Origin: Octopus sinensis
Lineage: Eukaryota
Length of the DNA stretch: 64,000 nucleotides
Direction of reading: 5' to 3'
Assembly: GCF_006345805.1 (NCBI RefSeq)
Contig: NC_043002.1
Location: forward strand, 83,142,001-83,206,000
The position numbers and the translations under genes are program-made. A model generated the notes under the pieces. That model was given only the letters and a program-made list of their open reading frames with translations. It did not search any database and was not told where the DNA came from. Below, piece after piece: positions 1 to 13,040 of the stretch (positions are counted from its first letter, which is position 1; each line of letters begins with the position of its first letter).

Positions 1-730
1 ATCCAGATAGACGATACAAAAAACACGGATGGGTCATTTGAAGCCTTTTATCTTCAGTCAAGATAATTGACTGAAGATCATCCTCGCAATTTCGGCTGAT
101 TAATCTTGAGATTGCTCTAATATGGCCAGCCCCAAGGAAAAGCTAAGCTAAGAGCATTAGATTCCTTGGAAAAAAGCATCGAATGTATACGAAACAAGGA
201 CGGAAAAACAGACGATGTTACACGAATATAAATACAAAAAAAAAAACAATATTAATAACAGGACATAACAGCAGGCGTCTTTCGATTGGGGACGAATTGA
301 ATTCAGCTGGCGTGTGTGAAAATGAAGCCTTACGGCAGAGGGAAGAATATCGATGTGGCAGTGACCATGGTCAGACGCAAAAAGGGCTAGCAGTCGGCCA
401 ATGGTCACGTGAGAAGAGAATTGCCAAGCTAATATGGCAGTCCAGAAATATAGGACGAATGCTGCCGTTGATTACCTCCAAGAGGCCATCGCCTCTAGCT
501 AGCTATGTGACACACGAACCTGTGTCCTTTATAACTTTCGAACAGGGGAAGCCAGCCGCTTCCCCTTGCTGGTCAGGCATTTGCAGACTAGTTTCAGGGT
601 ATTTGCCCATTTTCAATGTAGAGCAACCGAACCCATGCGTGTGCAGTAAAAGCTCACTTGAAAAAGGTGATGGATTTTGTAAGTGTCGTGATCAATGTAA
701 ATGTTTGAGACGTTAACAATTACGGATATG

Positions 731-961
731 AAGGCGGCGAGCTGGCAGAAACGTTAGCACACCGGGCGAAATGCGTAGCTGTATTTTGTCTGCCGTTACG
801 TTCTGAGTTCAAATTCCGCCGAGGTCGACTTTGCCTTTCATCCTTTCGGGGTCGATAAATTAAGTACCAGTTACGCACTGGGGTCGATGTAATCGACTTA
901 ATCCGTTTGTCTGTCCTTGTTCGTCTCCTCTATGTTCAGACCCTTGTGGGTAATAAAGAAA
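731..961 (+). mobile_element. tRNA-derived SINE family B (GGCGGCGAGCTGGCAGAAACGTTAGC head)
   Basis: Full copy; many homologues in the window. Confidence 0.85.
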
Positions 962-2725
962 CAGATATATACTAAAAACGGAAGCAGTTGAAATTCAAGA
1001 GAAGAAAATATTATTATTTGCATTCTATTGTGAGTTTGATAAACAATGTATTGTTTATGATCTATATTCATTGAGACAAATACATATAAAAATGTTATAC
1101 TATTCTCATTTAAATTATTGGTGAGTTGATCTTTTTTTAACTTTTAGCAAAAGGATATAAATATCGAATGAACAAAATTCAATACCGATTGCAACTACGG
1201 GTTTACATATATTCATATAAATATATGTACGTAAATAAACATTTAAAAATGTCTATACATATATATATATGACTGGTCAGTGAGATTTTCTTTGTTTATT
1301 AATTGGGAAAAAAAGTAGCGGACACAAAAGACGGTTTGTCCCCCGTTCCTGAAAAAGTGTGGTGGAGGGGGGACTTGTCTTCTGGTTCTCCACTGATCAG
1401 CAACCATGTCTTCAACAATGGATGATTTTTTTAAAAGATGAAAAATAAATGCCTATTTTGCTCTTATAAATACTTTTAAAATTTATTGATATATACGTTG
1501 TCAATTACTTTAATATTATCTATCTATAACTAATAAGTTGATTATAAACGTTTTGGATAATTGCTGTAGCAAATAAAATCTAACATCAGCATTTTTTCTC
1601 AGGTTCTATAAACGGTTCTATATATAATTTCAAACGTTTTTAAAAAAAAATTTTATACGTCTTATGGGGACTCAAAATGCCTCGTGTTCTGAGCACAAAA
1701 CTAAAAAGATTTACGGATACATTCCGGCAATCTCTACCAGTAATGCTTAACGTAAGATTAGCTTTACTAGCAATTGTTATTGGGCTGACCACCAAGCCTA
1801 ACAAGATGTTATATTTTGGAGTTTCTGCACCTTAGCAGGGGAGAAAGACCACCCCCAAAGCATTGATGTTACTGGCAGATACACACATGAAATTAGGAAG
1901 ATACCTAAACTAACAGGAGATGGAGATTCCTGGTGTGGTGAAACCTTTCTCAGTTGCGGCCGCTGAAGCAGTAGCCGTTTATTGCATCAATTGTACGCCA
2001 TCCGACAGCTAACTTCTTGGTAGTTAGTAACGTTGCACTTGAAGTACACTTTGTCAATGAGGTTCAGCTTTTGCTGCCTTAGTGCGCCTTGTTTCTTTTA
2101 AAGAAGCTTTATTCACAAAAGTAAGCAATAGAAACTTAGATAAGATTATGATTTCCTTCAACTACACTCGAATCCAAACTTTATAGGTGATAACACAGTC
2201 CATTGAATCAATTCAATGTGCTATTGATGTTATCGACCCAAATCCATAAAAAAACGAAGTCGGTTCTGGTAGGTTTAGAACCCAAAACATAGAGGATATT
2301 ATACAAAATATTCTGAATAATTGTTCTGCACTGCATCGTCTCCAACAACCAATTACACATTCATTCTCCTCTGAAAACGGCTGGATCGGCATAATTCGCC
2401 TTGATGAGAAGCTCTCACTCCTGTGGCTCGTGAATAGTTGGTCGCACCAATTTATGGAATACATAAAGGATTAATCGTTTGAAATATATTACGCGCAAGA
2501 TGATTGGACCTTTGATCTAATTCCCGTGCAACACTCAATTAATCTTAACACAGGGCTCAATGAATGTCCACTAATTCATATGATAGGTATTTTAACCAAC
2601 CACAACAGATTAGCGTGATGAACCTGTATAAACCAGCTTAATGTTTTCAAATATGCAATGGATAGAACTTTGTCTCGTTACACGATCAAAGGCTACCGTC
2701 ATCAGGTCCACATAAACAAAACGTC

Positions 2726-3132
2726 GGATCTTTTCGGTTTGAACGGCAGTTTTTTCTAGCGGTGTCATATGAAATTCTCACCCATAATTATGACCCTTGT
2801 ATCGATCTATTGCATTTCAATCTGTTTTAGGGTTAGGGTTGGTTAGGGTTAGTGGTGGGGGGAAGGATATCTTTTTTTTTCTTCACAAATGTAAATAAAC
2901 CCAATCATACGGCACAGAATGTTTTTTTTACCTCAATAGACGTCAGTGATTGGTTGAAATTGCAGAAATTGAAGAAAAAACAACAACAAATATCTTACAA
3001 ACTATAGAATTTTCTCAATAAAGCCAAGAGAAAAAGATGTTTTATAAGCACATTCTACGAGTATACGAAGTCTGAAATTTTTTAGTTACCTAGAAATTAT
3101 GTTAAAAACTTCCGTTCAAACCGAAAAGATCC
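2726..3132 (+). mobile_element. MITE with 29-bp TIRs and 9-bp TSD (Mutator/MULE-type)
   Basis: GGATCTTTTCGGTTTGAACGGCAGTTTTT ... AAAAACTTCCGTTCAAACCGAAAAGATCC; CAAAACGTC at 2717-2725 and 3133-3141. Confidence 0.9.
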
Positions 3133-3851
3133 CAAAACGTCTCCCGTCTCTTGACTTTCTCTGGATATTATCAGTCTTTTATTTCATACACATTTACTAA
3201 GAAAAATACACAACACATTGGAGATCATGTATGTTATGAAGTTACTAAAAACTTTGTTGAAAATAATTCCTCCTTTTTTACTTGTTATTCCATCTTCAAC
3301 AATATCTAAACCACTTAAGTTAGGCAATACCTGGATTATAACAGAAAAAATTTTTTGGAAGCATTTCCTGTAACCGTTTCAACCCGGAAATGTAGATGCA
3401 TTTCTATTCGCTCATCTAATATGAAATAGTCATTGTAAACATATTTGTCTTTGAATAATTATATATTTTCTTCGGAGATTGTATCTAAGCAAGTGCTATC
3501 TTGAAGGAGTGTAACTTCCAGTTTTACTCCTATTATTTAACTTGTGAGCTTTAAATAAGTACGTAATCCCTTGTAGATAACAGGTAGCTTACTCAAGCAT
3601 AAAACACGATGACAAAATTGAACGACTGGATTAATATCAGATTTGGTGGTATTGACTTGAAGTTTTTTTTTTTTTTTTAAATGAAATATTTACCAACGTA
3701 TTTTTGTCTCGAGCTTTTATCCTCATGGAACCGGAGCATACCTTGGTTTCTGGGGCATTAAGCAGTTGAGATTACAATCATACCCACACCATTTTTATAG
3801 GATGTCAGTTCGCTGTGCACAGGATCCCTTTCGGGGTTAAAGACTGTGGGA

Positions 3852-3900
3852 TGACGTCAGCAGCTGGGTGCGCTGACCGGAAGTTGGGGCAACCGGAAGG
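3852..3900 (+). promoter_or_regulatory. CRE + tandem ETS motif cluster in a CpG-rich patch upstream of DUOX
   Basis: TGACGTCA 3852-59; ACCGGAAGT 3876-84; ACCGGAAGG 3892-3900. Confidence 0.35.
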
Positions 3901-5436
3901 GGCACAAAGACATCCCAAGCAAGTTGAATTTTAGCACCCTTAGAAGTATATATTCTTTAAAGGTTTTCACTAGGAGTAAAACCTGCAAATATAAGAATAG
4001 TGCTTATTCTATATTCTGTTCTTACCCTTTTAATTTCAAAGACCTCAAGTACATGACAAGGTCCCCAAACATGTTACACCTCGAGTGACTTCCTGTGTTA
4101 CCCCTCCCAACCTGCTGCTCATTCTTTTTTTCAGCTGAGTGGGCTGAATTAACATAAAGGGAAGTGCTTTGTTCAAAGATGCAATGTACCACCTGGCCAT
4201 GGAACTTAATCCACGACCTTAATATCGGCAATTTAACATTCTAATCAATATGTTATGCGTCTTCATGATTATCATAGTGATGTATAGAAATTAAATTTAC
4301 TGATAATAAAACTTTCAGCATAATTCTGGAATATGAATAGGAAACAATATAGAATTAAATTCAGATGTGTAACGGAAGATGAGTTGATTTGTAAACATTA
4401 TATTGAAATATCGGTGTCAGCAGTTCTGACGATAAAAATTTGTTGTCATAATTGCATGTTGTCGGATGTGAAAGATGAACAATGCACGAAGTTTTAAGGA
4501 AATATTTACCGTTACGTTACAATACCTTACCTCGACGGGCAGGTTATGATAAATACAAAAGCATGCGAAGTAAAGTTTGTGTTTGTGTCCTCTTCATTTA
4601 GTAGTAATTAAGAGAGAGATAGAATGATGTTGTAAGAGAACAGAATTAGAGCTAGTGAGAGTTGTAGGGTGTGAGACGTTGTCTCACAGTTGCTGACAGT
4701 AAACTTCATTTCTCCCTCTGACCAAGGTTGATCAGCCAGACTTCGTTGTCACCGGGGTGACTAACTCGTCGAGTCGTCATCGACTGTGACTAACTAATTT
4801 TTGCTTGGGGTGTGCTTGCTTATACAAAGATCCAGAAGGATAGATATATCATTGAGAACAATAGATTTAGTTGGTGATCTTATCTCTCTTCTAGCTTTTG
4901 GTGAAGTAGAAGAGGCAAGAAAGGGTCAAGTGGTGAAGACATTATTTCGGCCTAGCTATAGGCATCTGGAAAATGTAAAACTGCTGTCAAAGAAAAACCA
5001 TTGTTCCACCGTGGGAAAAGTTCTGTTGCAGTGTTAATCTAAATTTGGCTATGGTGGATCAAATCCTCTTCATGCATGCAAGAGCCACTACAGATGTTAT
5101 GGTAATCTACGTCCTGGGCCGTTTTCTTGGTATTAGCTATTTTCAAGGGTTAAAAAAATTATCATTGTACACAACACACGGACTGCTCCTGTAGATTCTG
5201 GAGAATCTTTCTCTGTTCCGTATACAACCAGCGTTGTGCTTCTTCTGAAAGCATCTCATTGTGGTCTCTGTTTTGTATTATTTCTCATGAAAACAGTTGG
5301 GTGATTGATTATTCCTTTTTTTGTGTGCGAGATGCTATTCGTATATTTGATAATTTATAGTTGCTCTATATTTATAGACTTTTTCTTCGCACTGTGCTTC
5401 ATCCATAGAGAGCCATAAGTTGGCAATTATGTAATA

Positions 5437-5494
5437 CAGTTATCCCTCGCTACTTCGCGGTTCAACTATCGCGGATTCACGACATCACGGATTT

Positions 5495-5550
<56 letters not shown>

Positions 5551-5700
5551 AACACTTAAAATTTTTCATTAAATCCATTAAAATATTAATAATAAATATT
5601 ATTTCCTAGTCTAGGAACAACAAAACAAGCGTAAAATAGCAAAAAAAGCATATACAGGAGTATTTGAACTTAAGACGGGCTGTGATTGGCACCGCCGTCA
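5437..5700 (+). mobile_element. Tigger/pogo-like left end with (TA)n expansion
   Basis: TA+CAGTTATCCCTCGCTACTTCGCGG terminus; other end not found. Confidence 0.55.
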
Positions 5701-6036
5701 GCTTCATCATCATCATCATTTCTACTGCGCAGCAAATACACCATCATCATTCAAATTTTATTTCAACTTCTTTCGTGTTGAGTATAGTAACAACCTTCAA
5801 TTTTTAAAAAAATCTAAAGTGTTATTGTTTAACAGTTATCCTCATGATTGTGAGCCCGACGCTCTATCAACTGAGCTATCCACCTTCACATCCAAACCAT
5901 AATGTTTATATCAATGTACGTTGCATTTTCAGTTCATTGTATCTTCTCTTTTTAAATGAGGTAAAATTACTGTATACATTTGTGTAATAGTATTTTATTC
6001 CTCTTTATTATATCAAGCAATTTAATCTTTCAACAG

Positions 6037-6132
6037 CATTACTTACATTCAACACCACCAAGAAAGACATTCAACGTCAAAGATTTGATGGATGGTATAA
6101 CAGCAAGTCCAATCCATCATTGGGTGCCGCTT
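6037..6132 (+). CDS. DUOX: DUOX traced exon 1 ([31 protein letters not shown])
   Basis: caacag acceptor, gtaagt donor, phase 1-1; QRFDGWYN is the DUOX N-terminal motif. Confidence 0.92.
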
Positions 6133-9100
6133 GTAAGTTACCATTTTTTCTTTTTAACTATTGATGAAGAATAATTTTGATCTCCATATAACAAATCAGA
6201 ATGCAAATCCAATATTACAATATTGTATGTTGTTGATGTCATGAGAATTCACAAACTTTCAAAAAAAAAAACATGGTAAAAGTGTTTTTGTTGTTTTCGA
6301 ATTGGTTCCCTCAAAATACATAAAGTTATAAATAATCGTTTCAAATTTCAGCACAAGGACAACTAGTTCGAGGAGGGGTTAAGTCTATTACACTGACCCC
6401 AATGTTCGACTGGTGCTTATTTTAAAGACCCAGAAAGGATGAAAGACAAAGTCGACCCTGGCAGAATTTGAACTCAGTGTATAGATGGACAAAATACCAA
6501 TGAACTTTTCGTCTGGCATGCTAATGAATCTGCCAGCTCACATAAAGTTATAAGTGATAGCATGTAAATATTCGGTCGAAAATCCCTTTTGAGCCTCATA
6601 GGCAACCTTCGACATTTTTCAATCCAAAATGTTTTTCAACCCAATATTTATGTTACTATAATTAATCCTTTATATAAAAAAATATAACTTTATATTATGT
6701 ACTTTGGGAACCAATTCCAAATCAATTATAAATATAATGTTCACTATGTTTTCTCCAATAATACAAAACGGTAATGACATGGAAAATTTTCATATTTTCC
6801 TTAGTTTAAATCCTCATAATTGTTTTAACTTTCACTTTTCCATGCTTGCATAAGTCGGATGGAATTAGCCGAGGAATGTTTTCTACAGCCATTATTCCTT
6901 TCATGTTGCTTACTCTTACCCGTTTCAAAGCAAGGTAATATTTCCCCGTGACCAGACTTCCTTTTTCATGAAAGAATGGAAATGAGCAACATTACTTGTA
7001 TGTGTTTCTTTATTACCCACAAGGGGCTAAACATGAAGGGGACAAACAAGGACAGACAAACGGATTAAGTCAATTACATCGACCCCAGTGCGTAACTGGT
7101 ACTTAATTTATCGACCCCGAAAGGATGAAAGGCAAAGTCGACCTCGGCGGAATTTAAACTCAGAACGTAACGGCAGACGAAATACGGCTACGCATTTCGC
7201 CCGGCGTGCTAACGTATCTGCCAGCTCACCGCCCTGAACAACATTACTTGTATGACGGTGAGGCATACGTATGACAGGCTTCTTTACACCAAATACACTC
7301 ACAAGGCTTTGGTCAGACCTGGACTATAGTAGACACTTGTCCAAGATGTCATGCAGTGCGAGTGAATTCAAAACCATGTGTTCGTGAAGTAAACTTTTAA
7401 ACCACATAGCCATGCCTGTTTCTATAAAGTACAACTTTTTTTCCTCTCTAGTTCGCCCATTGGCATTTAATCTACCAAACCATTATGAAGACCAAACATA
7501 CTTGCCATCTGGTTCCCATAGGCCAAATGCAAGACACATCAGCAGAGAGCTGTTTCAGGGAAAGATTGGCAAAATGTCTACTACAAATAAAACTGCACTG
7601 TTTGCATACTTTGGTAAATATTAACTTGTGTTATTTAAAATTAACTGATATAATGTCTGTCTGTTTTCAAAGGAAAGAACTATCTCACTTTCTCTCTCTC
7701 TCTCTCTCTCTCTGTATATACCCTAAGAAACTGCTAGGGTTTATTCTTTGAAACCAAGCCTTCAAGATTTGAAGCCAAGTCTTACAGTAAATCAAAGAAT
7801 ATGTTAATATATATTTCTATACTACCCACAAGGGGCTAAACACAGAGGGGACAAACAAGGACAGTCAAAGGGATTAAGTCGATTATATCAACCCCAGTGT
7901 TTCACTGGTACTTAATTTATCGACCCCGAAAGGATGAAAGGCAAAGTCGACCTCGGCGGAATTTGAACTCAGAACGTAGCGGCAGACGAAATACTGCTAA
8001 GTATTTTGCCTGTCGTGCTAACATGTTAATATAATCCATTTAGAAATAAGTAAATGTCAAAAAATATTTAACATGATTGTTCCAAAGATATCCTATTGAA
8101 AATTTACAAATAATTCTGAATCATTCAATTTGGCTTTTCAAAGAAATCTAGCCATACAGCATTTTGGATCACAGTTATTGTCTCCTCCCTCTGATGTGAT
8201 TTAAGGAAGATTCTGCCCACTATTTCGAGCAATTGCATTAAGAAGTTTGTTTTAATCAAATTACTTTGTAGTGAATTAATATCAAGTTCCCTAAATTGTA
8301 GTATTAACTCTTCCATTAGCGTATTTCTGAAATACTTTTGTCATTCATCATTGTTTTTAATATCCACTTTTTATGCTCGTATGGGTCAAACAGAATTTGC
8401 TCAGCTGGATTTTCCATGACTGGATGCCCTTCCAGTTGCCAACCCTCACCTGTTTCCAAGTAAGGTAGTATTTCCCTATGACCAGACATGTTTTCACAGA
8501 AAATTGCGTGATAATGAAACTCATATCTATCATGAGATCTCAAGGCAAGGGCACAGTTACACACACATGCAACACGCACTCAGATGCAGCACACACACAC
8601 TCACTCACATATGTATGTATGTGTGTGTGTGTGTATATATATATAAAGTTAATCCAAACAAGAAAGCACAAAAAAACACAACAATGCGAGGACGTGGAAC
8701 AAATATAGAATTATTGGACGCTCAGGAAAGCGGAGCTCTTCGTTGGAAACATAGAAGGAAAGATCCAGAGAAGGGAAGACAGAGGAAAAAAAATCGCCAA
8801 CGGTACGCACAAGGTCATGTGTGTGATGTCAGTTTTTGTCTTCCAAATCCACTCACAGCCCAGGGCTATAGCAGAAGACACTTGCCCAAGGTGCTATGCA
8901 ATGGGACTGAACCCAGAGCCATGTGAATGGGAAGCAAACTTCTTACCACATAGCCATGCTTGCAGCTATCTTTATTCCAAATAATTTTGAAAATATTGAA
9001 GAATTTAATAAAATAATTTTATCATTAATGAGTGGTATTTGAAACAATACATAAAATTTTGATGGAAGTTTTTAATTCAGTTCACTTTAAGACAGGAAGG

Positions 9101-12100
9101 TTGTATCACATAGCCTGGGGCAGTCTCAGGTTGTTTGGAATCAAAGCATTAAAGATTGTAGATTGAAAGTAATGACCTTACTGTGTTTAGTGGAATATCT
9201 TTACATTGTGTTTAAATCTCATCAAAATTAATTTTGTTTTTCATAATTTTTGTAGTCAAAATCGCCAAACAACATGATTGACCCCCAAAAGGTAGTGTCT
9301 GGGCAGAAATCTTTCTTTCATTGGTTAACTTTCCAGTTAAGTACTGAAATTCATTCAGCAATATCTCTCCTAAAAATATGGGGCTTTGTTGGCACAATTC
9401 ACCCAGTTGAAGGATTTTTGTCTTGCCAGTTACTTGGAAACCCTGCCATGCAGGTGCCATGAAAAAAAAAAAAAAGAAAATACTCAGTACTCTTTGTAAA
9501 GTGGTTGGCATTAGGAAAGGCATCCAACTGTAGAAACCATGCTAAAGTAGACAATAGAGCTTTGCACTTTTCCCTGGCCTACCAGCTCCTGTTAAACTGT
9601 CCAACTCTTGCCAGCATGAAAACCAGATGCTAAATGATGACCTGAAAATATTTTTTACTGTGAATTTTTGTGTATTCAAAAGTAATTTCATATGCTTCTA
9701 ATATTCAGGAGAGTTCCTTACCTTAGAAGTTTCCAACACTAATGAACCAGGCTGTCCTGTAGAAATTCTGAATGTAAAAGTTCCAAAATGTGACCAAGAC
9801 TTTGATGACAAATGTAGTGGTAGACATTTTATACCTTATGAACGTGCTGATTATGACAGGCAATCTGGGGTTTCTCCAAACAACCCAAGGAAACAGGTAA
9901 GAGCTCATACCATTTTATATAGATTTCAAACAATGTCATGTACTTTTAATTCCTTAACACAATAGATTGATGGTCACAAACATTTGTACATTGTAAAAAT
10001 GCTTGTGATATTTAGTTATAACCCTTAATGCTCTGAATTGAAAATTTTGCAAAGGTCTACTTTGACTTCCATCTTTCAAAGGTCAATGAAACAGAGCATC
10101 AGTCAAGTACTGAAGTTGATTTAATTAATATTCCTAATTAGTAGTGGTTCTCAACCAGGGTCTGTGTGGCCTTTGAGAGTTTATATAAGATTTTTGGTGG
10201 CCCATGCAACAAACTAGTAAATTGAGGATCCCCCAATAGTATTTTAAAGGCCCCTGAAAACAATTTTGCTTTAGCTGTATGTGTTGGTATTTATTGCAAG
10301 AAATAGCTAGGTTTTTTTCCAGCATTTTACATAGTTGAACCTGTGAAAAACAAAATAAGAATTTTGAAAGAAGTATCTCTGAAACTAGTTTTTAAACATC
10401 GAATGGCTCTGTGGGTCCATCAGAATAAAATAGAAAGCAAAGGTATCCATAGATAAAAAAATGGTTGAGTACCCTTGCTATTAGAGCACCCTACTTGTAG
10501 ATGGAATTATAATAGTTGAGTTGTGCTATTGAGGAGCGTCTTTGGGTGTAGCTAATTAGGTAGTAACAAAGAGAAGCAAGAAAGCCTATATAATAACTCA
10601 TATTCAGTAGCAATTTTGATCTATGTGCAACTGGTGAAAAGAATCTTGATAAACTTTGTGAAAATTAGGATTAATGGCTAAACAAAGTGAGGGAGAGCAG
10701 AGCAATAAGTTATATGGTCCATGTTGTATCATGATCTATGGTTAGGTTATTTTAATTTTGAATATTCATAATATTTGATAAATAAATAGGAATGTCCTGG
10801 TGTAGGAGGTAAACAACAAGGTATTACGAAGTATTAGGTATTGGATGCCCCCCTACCACCACGCCACTCACTGTTTGTGTACAAAGCATATCAGTAGATA
10901 TATTTATTGTACTATATTTTATGTAAACACTCAAGCGTCGTCACTACCTTTCTAACCCTACAACATTTCACATGGAATTTTTGGCCCTCCAAATTTGTCT
11001 TGGTGTATAAGTCAACCTACAATTTTTGGCTGTAAATTTTGGTCTGAAAAATTTGACTTCAATACAATATACAATATGTTGTCACTTGCTCAATGAGAAG
11101 GAACTGACAAAGACAAAACATGCATTGGATATTCACTCTAAGCAACAAATTGTTGTAATTAGGAAATATATATAGGCGCAGGAGTGGCTGTGTGGTAAGT
11201 AGCTTGTTTACCAACCACATGGTTCCGGGTTCAGTTCCACTGCATAGCACCTTGGGCAAGTGTCTTCTACTATAGCCTTGGGCCGACCAAAGCCTTGTGA
11301 GTGGATTTGGTAGACGGAAACTGAAAGAAGCCCATCGTATATATGTATATATATGCGTGTGTGTGTTTGTGTGTCTGTGTGTCTGTGTTTGTCCCCCTAG
11401 CATTGCTTGACAACCGATGCTGGTGTGTTTAGGTCCCCGTTACTTAGCGGTTAGGCAAAAGAGACAGATAGAATAAGTACTGGGCTTACAAAAGAATAAG
11501 TCCCGGGGTCGAGTTGCTCGATTAAAGTTGGTGCTCCAGCATGGCCTCAGTCAAAATTACTGAAACAAGTAAAAGAGTAAAAGAGAGTATCTAGGTCACC
11601 AGTGCAGCATCTGTGACTCACGGCTGTGATTTCATGTAATCCTGCTCGTCTATTTCTTGTATTCCTGTCAGTGTATTCTTGTTTCCCGCAAGAGCAAAGC
11701 TATAGTTTGAAACTATAGCTAAATGTTTCATGAATAACAAATATCCATAGAGCCAATTATTTTGCTTAAAGTTGCTTTTAATCATTGGATTGACCAATAG
11801 ATACTCTAAAAACAGTCAAACAAAGGTACCTTAAAACAGTCAAACAAAGGTACCTTAAAACAGTCAAACAAAGGTACATTAAGACAAAAGTACTAAATGA
11901 TAAATTAAAAATTCAGTTTCCTCCCAGGCTATCCTGCAGGCCTGATGTCACAACTATATTAAATATGACCTATTTTTAAATGTATATAATATTAATTTGA
12001 AGTAAGCAGCATAAATGAATTTACTTATAAGAAATGCAAATTTGTCAACACTTTTCCTAAAAACCCAGTTCAGTTGCACTGTTTTCCCTTTTATAAACCC

Positions 12101-13004
12101 AGCATTAAAAGAAAAAACTTTGTGGCCTAAGAGTGTGCCTATTTTACTCATTGGTTAATCCAAGCCTAATTAAAGGTATTCAAACCATGTCCATCTGATT
12201 ATCCATTATGTCCAGTTTGAAGATAGGACTATGTTTCGAGGGAGATTTGTCAGCTATTTCTCATAAGTCAATACCACCACATAGCTGCTTCCTTATAAGC
12301 CCATATACAAGACTAGTATATGTGGATGCTTAACAATCTGCTTTGAACTGAGCACTTGTTTTTCTTCAGTTTCTTCTCAATGAAGGAATTTTACTTAATC
12401 TTTTTTGGTGAGGTCCTAAGAGGTTAATACGATATGTGAATTTAAATAACTGGGATACACCTGTAGCCATAGAGTGAACTGTGATGCAAGAAGCAAATTA
12501 TCTTGACCATCAATGCAAGGGGATAGCATGCAAACCTTTGGCCTATTGGTTGATTTTTCTAGTATCCAATTGGTCATTTGCCTCAAAATCTTCAAATATA
12601 TTTAATATTACATTATTTTCCACTCCAAGTAAATTAAAATTTAATTCAGTTGAAATTCATATTTAAAAATCAATAACTACAGATAAATCAAGTAACCAGT
12701 TTTTTGGATGGTAGTTCTATCTATGGGAACAACGAAGTGACTGCTAATATTCTTCGAGATTGGAAAACTGGTAAATTGGATGCAGATGACCTGTGGTACA
12801 AATTCCCTTCTTTCAACACGATGAGACTTGGTGAATGGAGATTTCCAGTACGTCATTCCCATGGTTACCCAGATGCATCAAAATACTGGAGTAAGTTAAT
12901 AAAAATATTTTGATTTTATATTCATTAGTAGCAGTCTCAGTTTAAAAACAAAATTATTGCTAATAACTAATGTAATTTTAGAGATGTTATACATATGTGT
13001 ATGA

Positions 13005-13040
<36 letters not shown>

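Noticed and set aside
3227-3373. Signal-peptide-like ORF MYVMKLLKTLLKIIPPFLLVIP
   Set aside because: No phase-1 GT donor; ORF stops at about 3373
4801-5330. Possible retroelement ORF remnant
   Set aside because: No motif I can assign with confidence on either strand
5332-5359. Signal-peptide first exon MLFVYLIIY joining exon 6037 in phase 1
   Set aside because: Attractive peptide, but the donor (A/gttgct) is very poor and T-rich DNA yields hydrophobic peptides by chance; needs RNA evidence
1-6036. Head-to-head DUOXA maturation-factor gene, as in vertebrates
   Set aside because: No minus-strand translation here resembles DUOXA motifs
6888-6934. Apparent AG...GT mini-exon
   Set aside because: Sequence belongs to a repeat also seen at 8410-8490, and the DUOX frame is complete without it
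11809-11880. CRISPR-like direct repeats
   Set aside because: Head-to-tail tandem units with no spacers, in eukaryotic intron context
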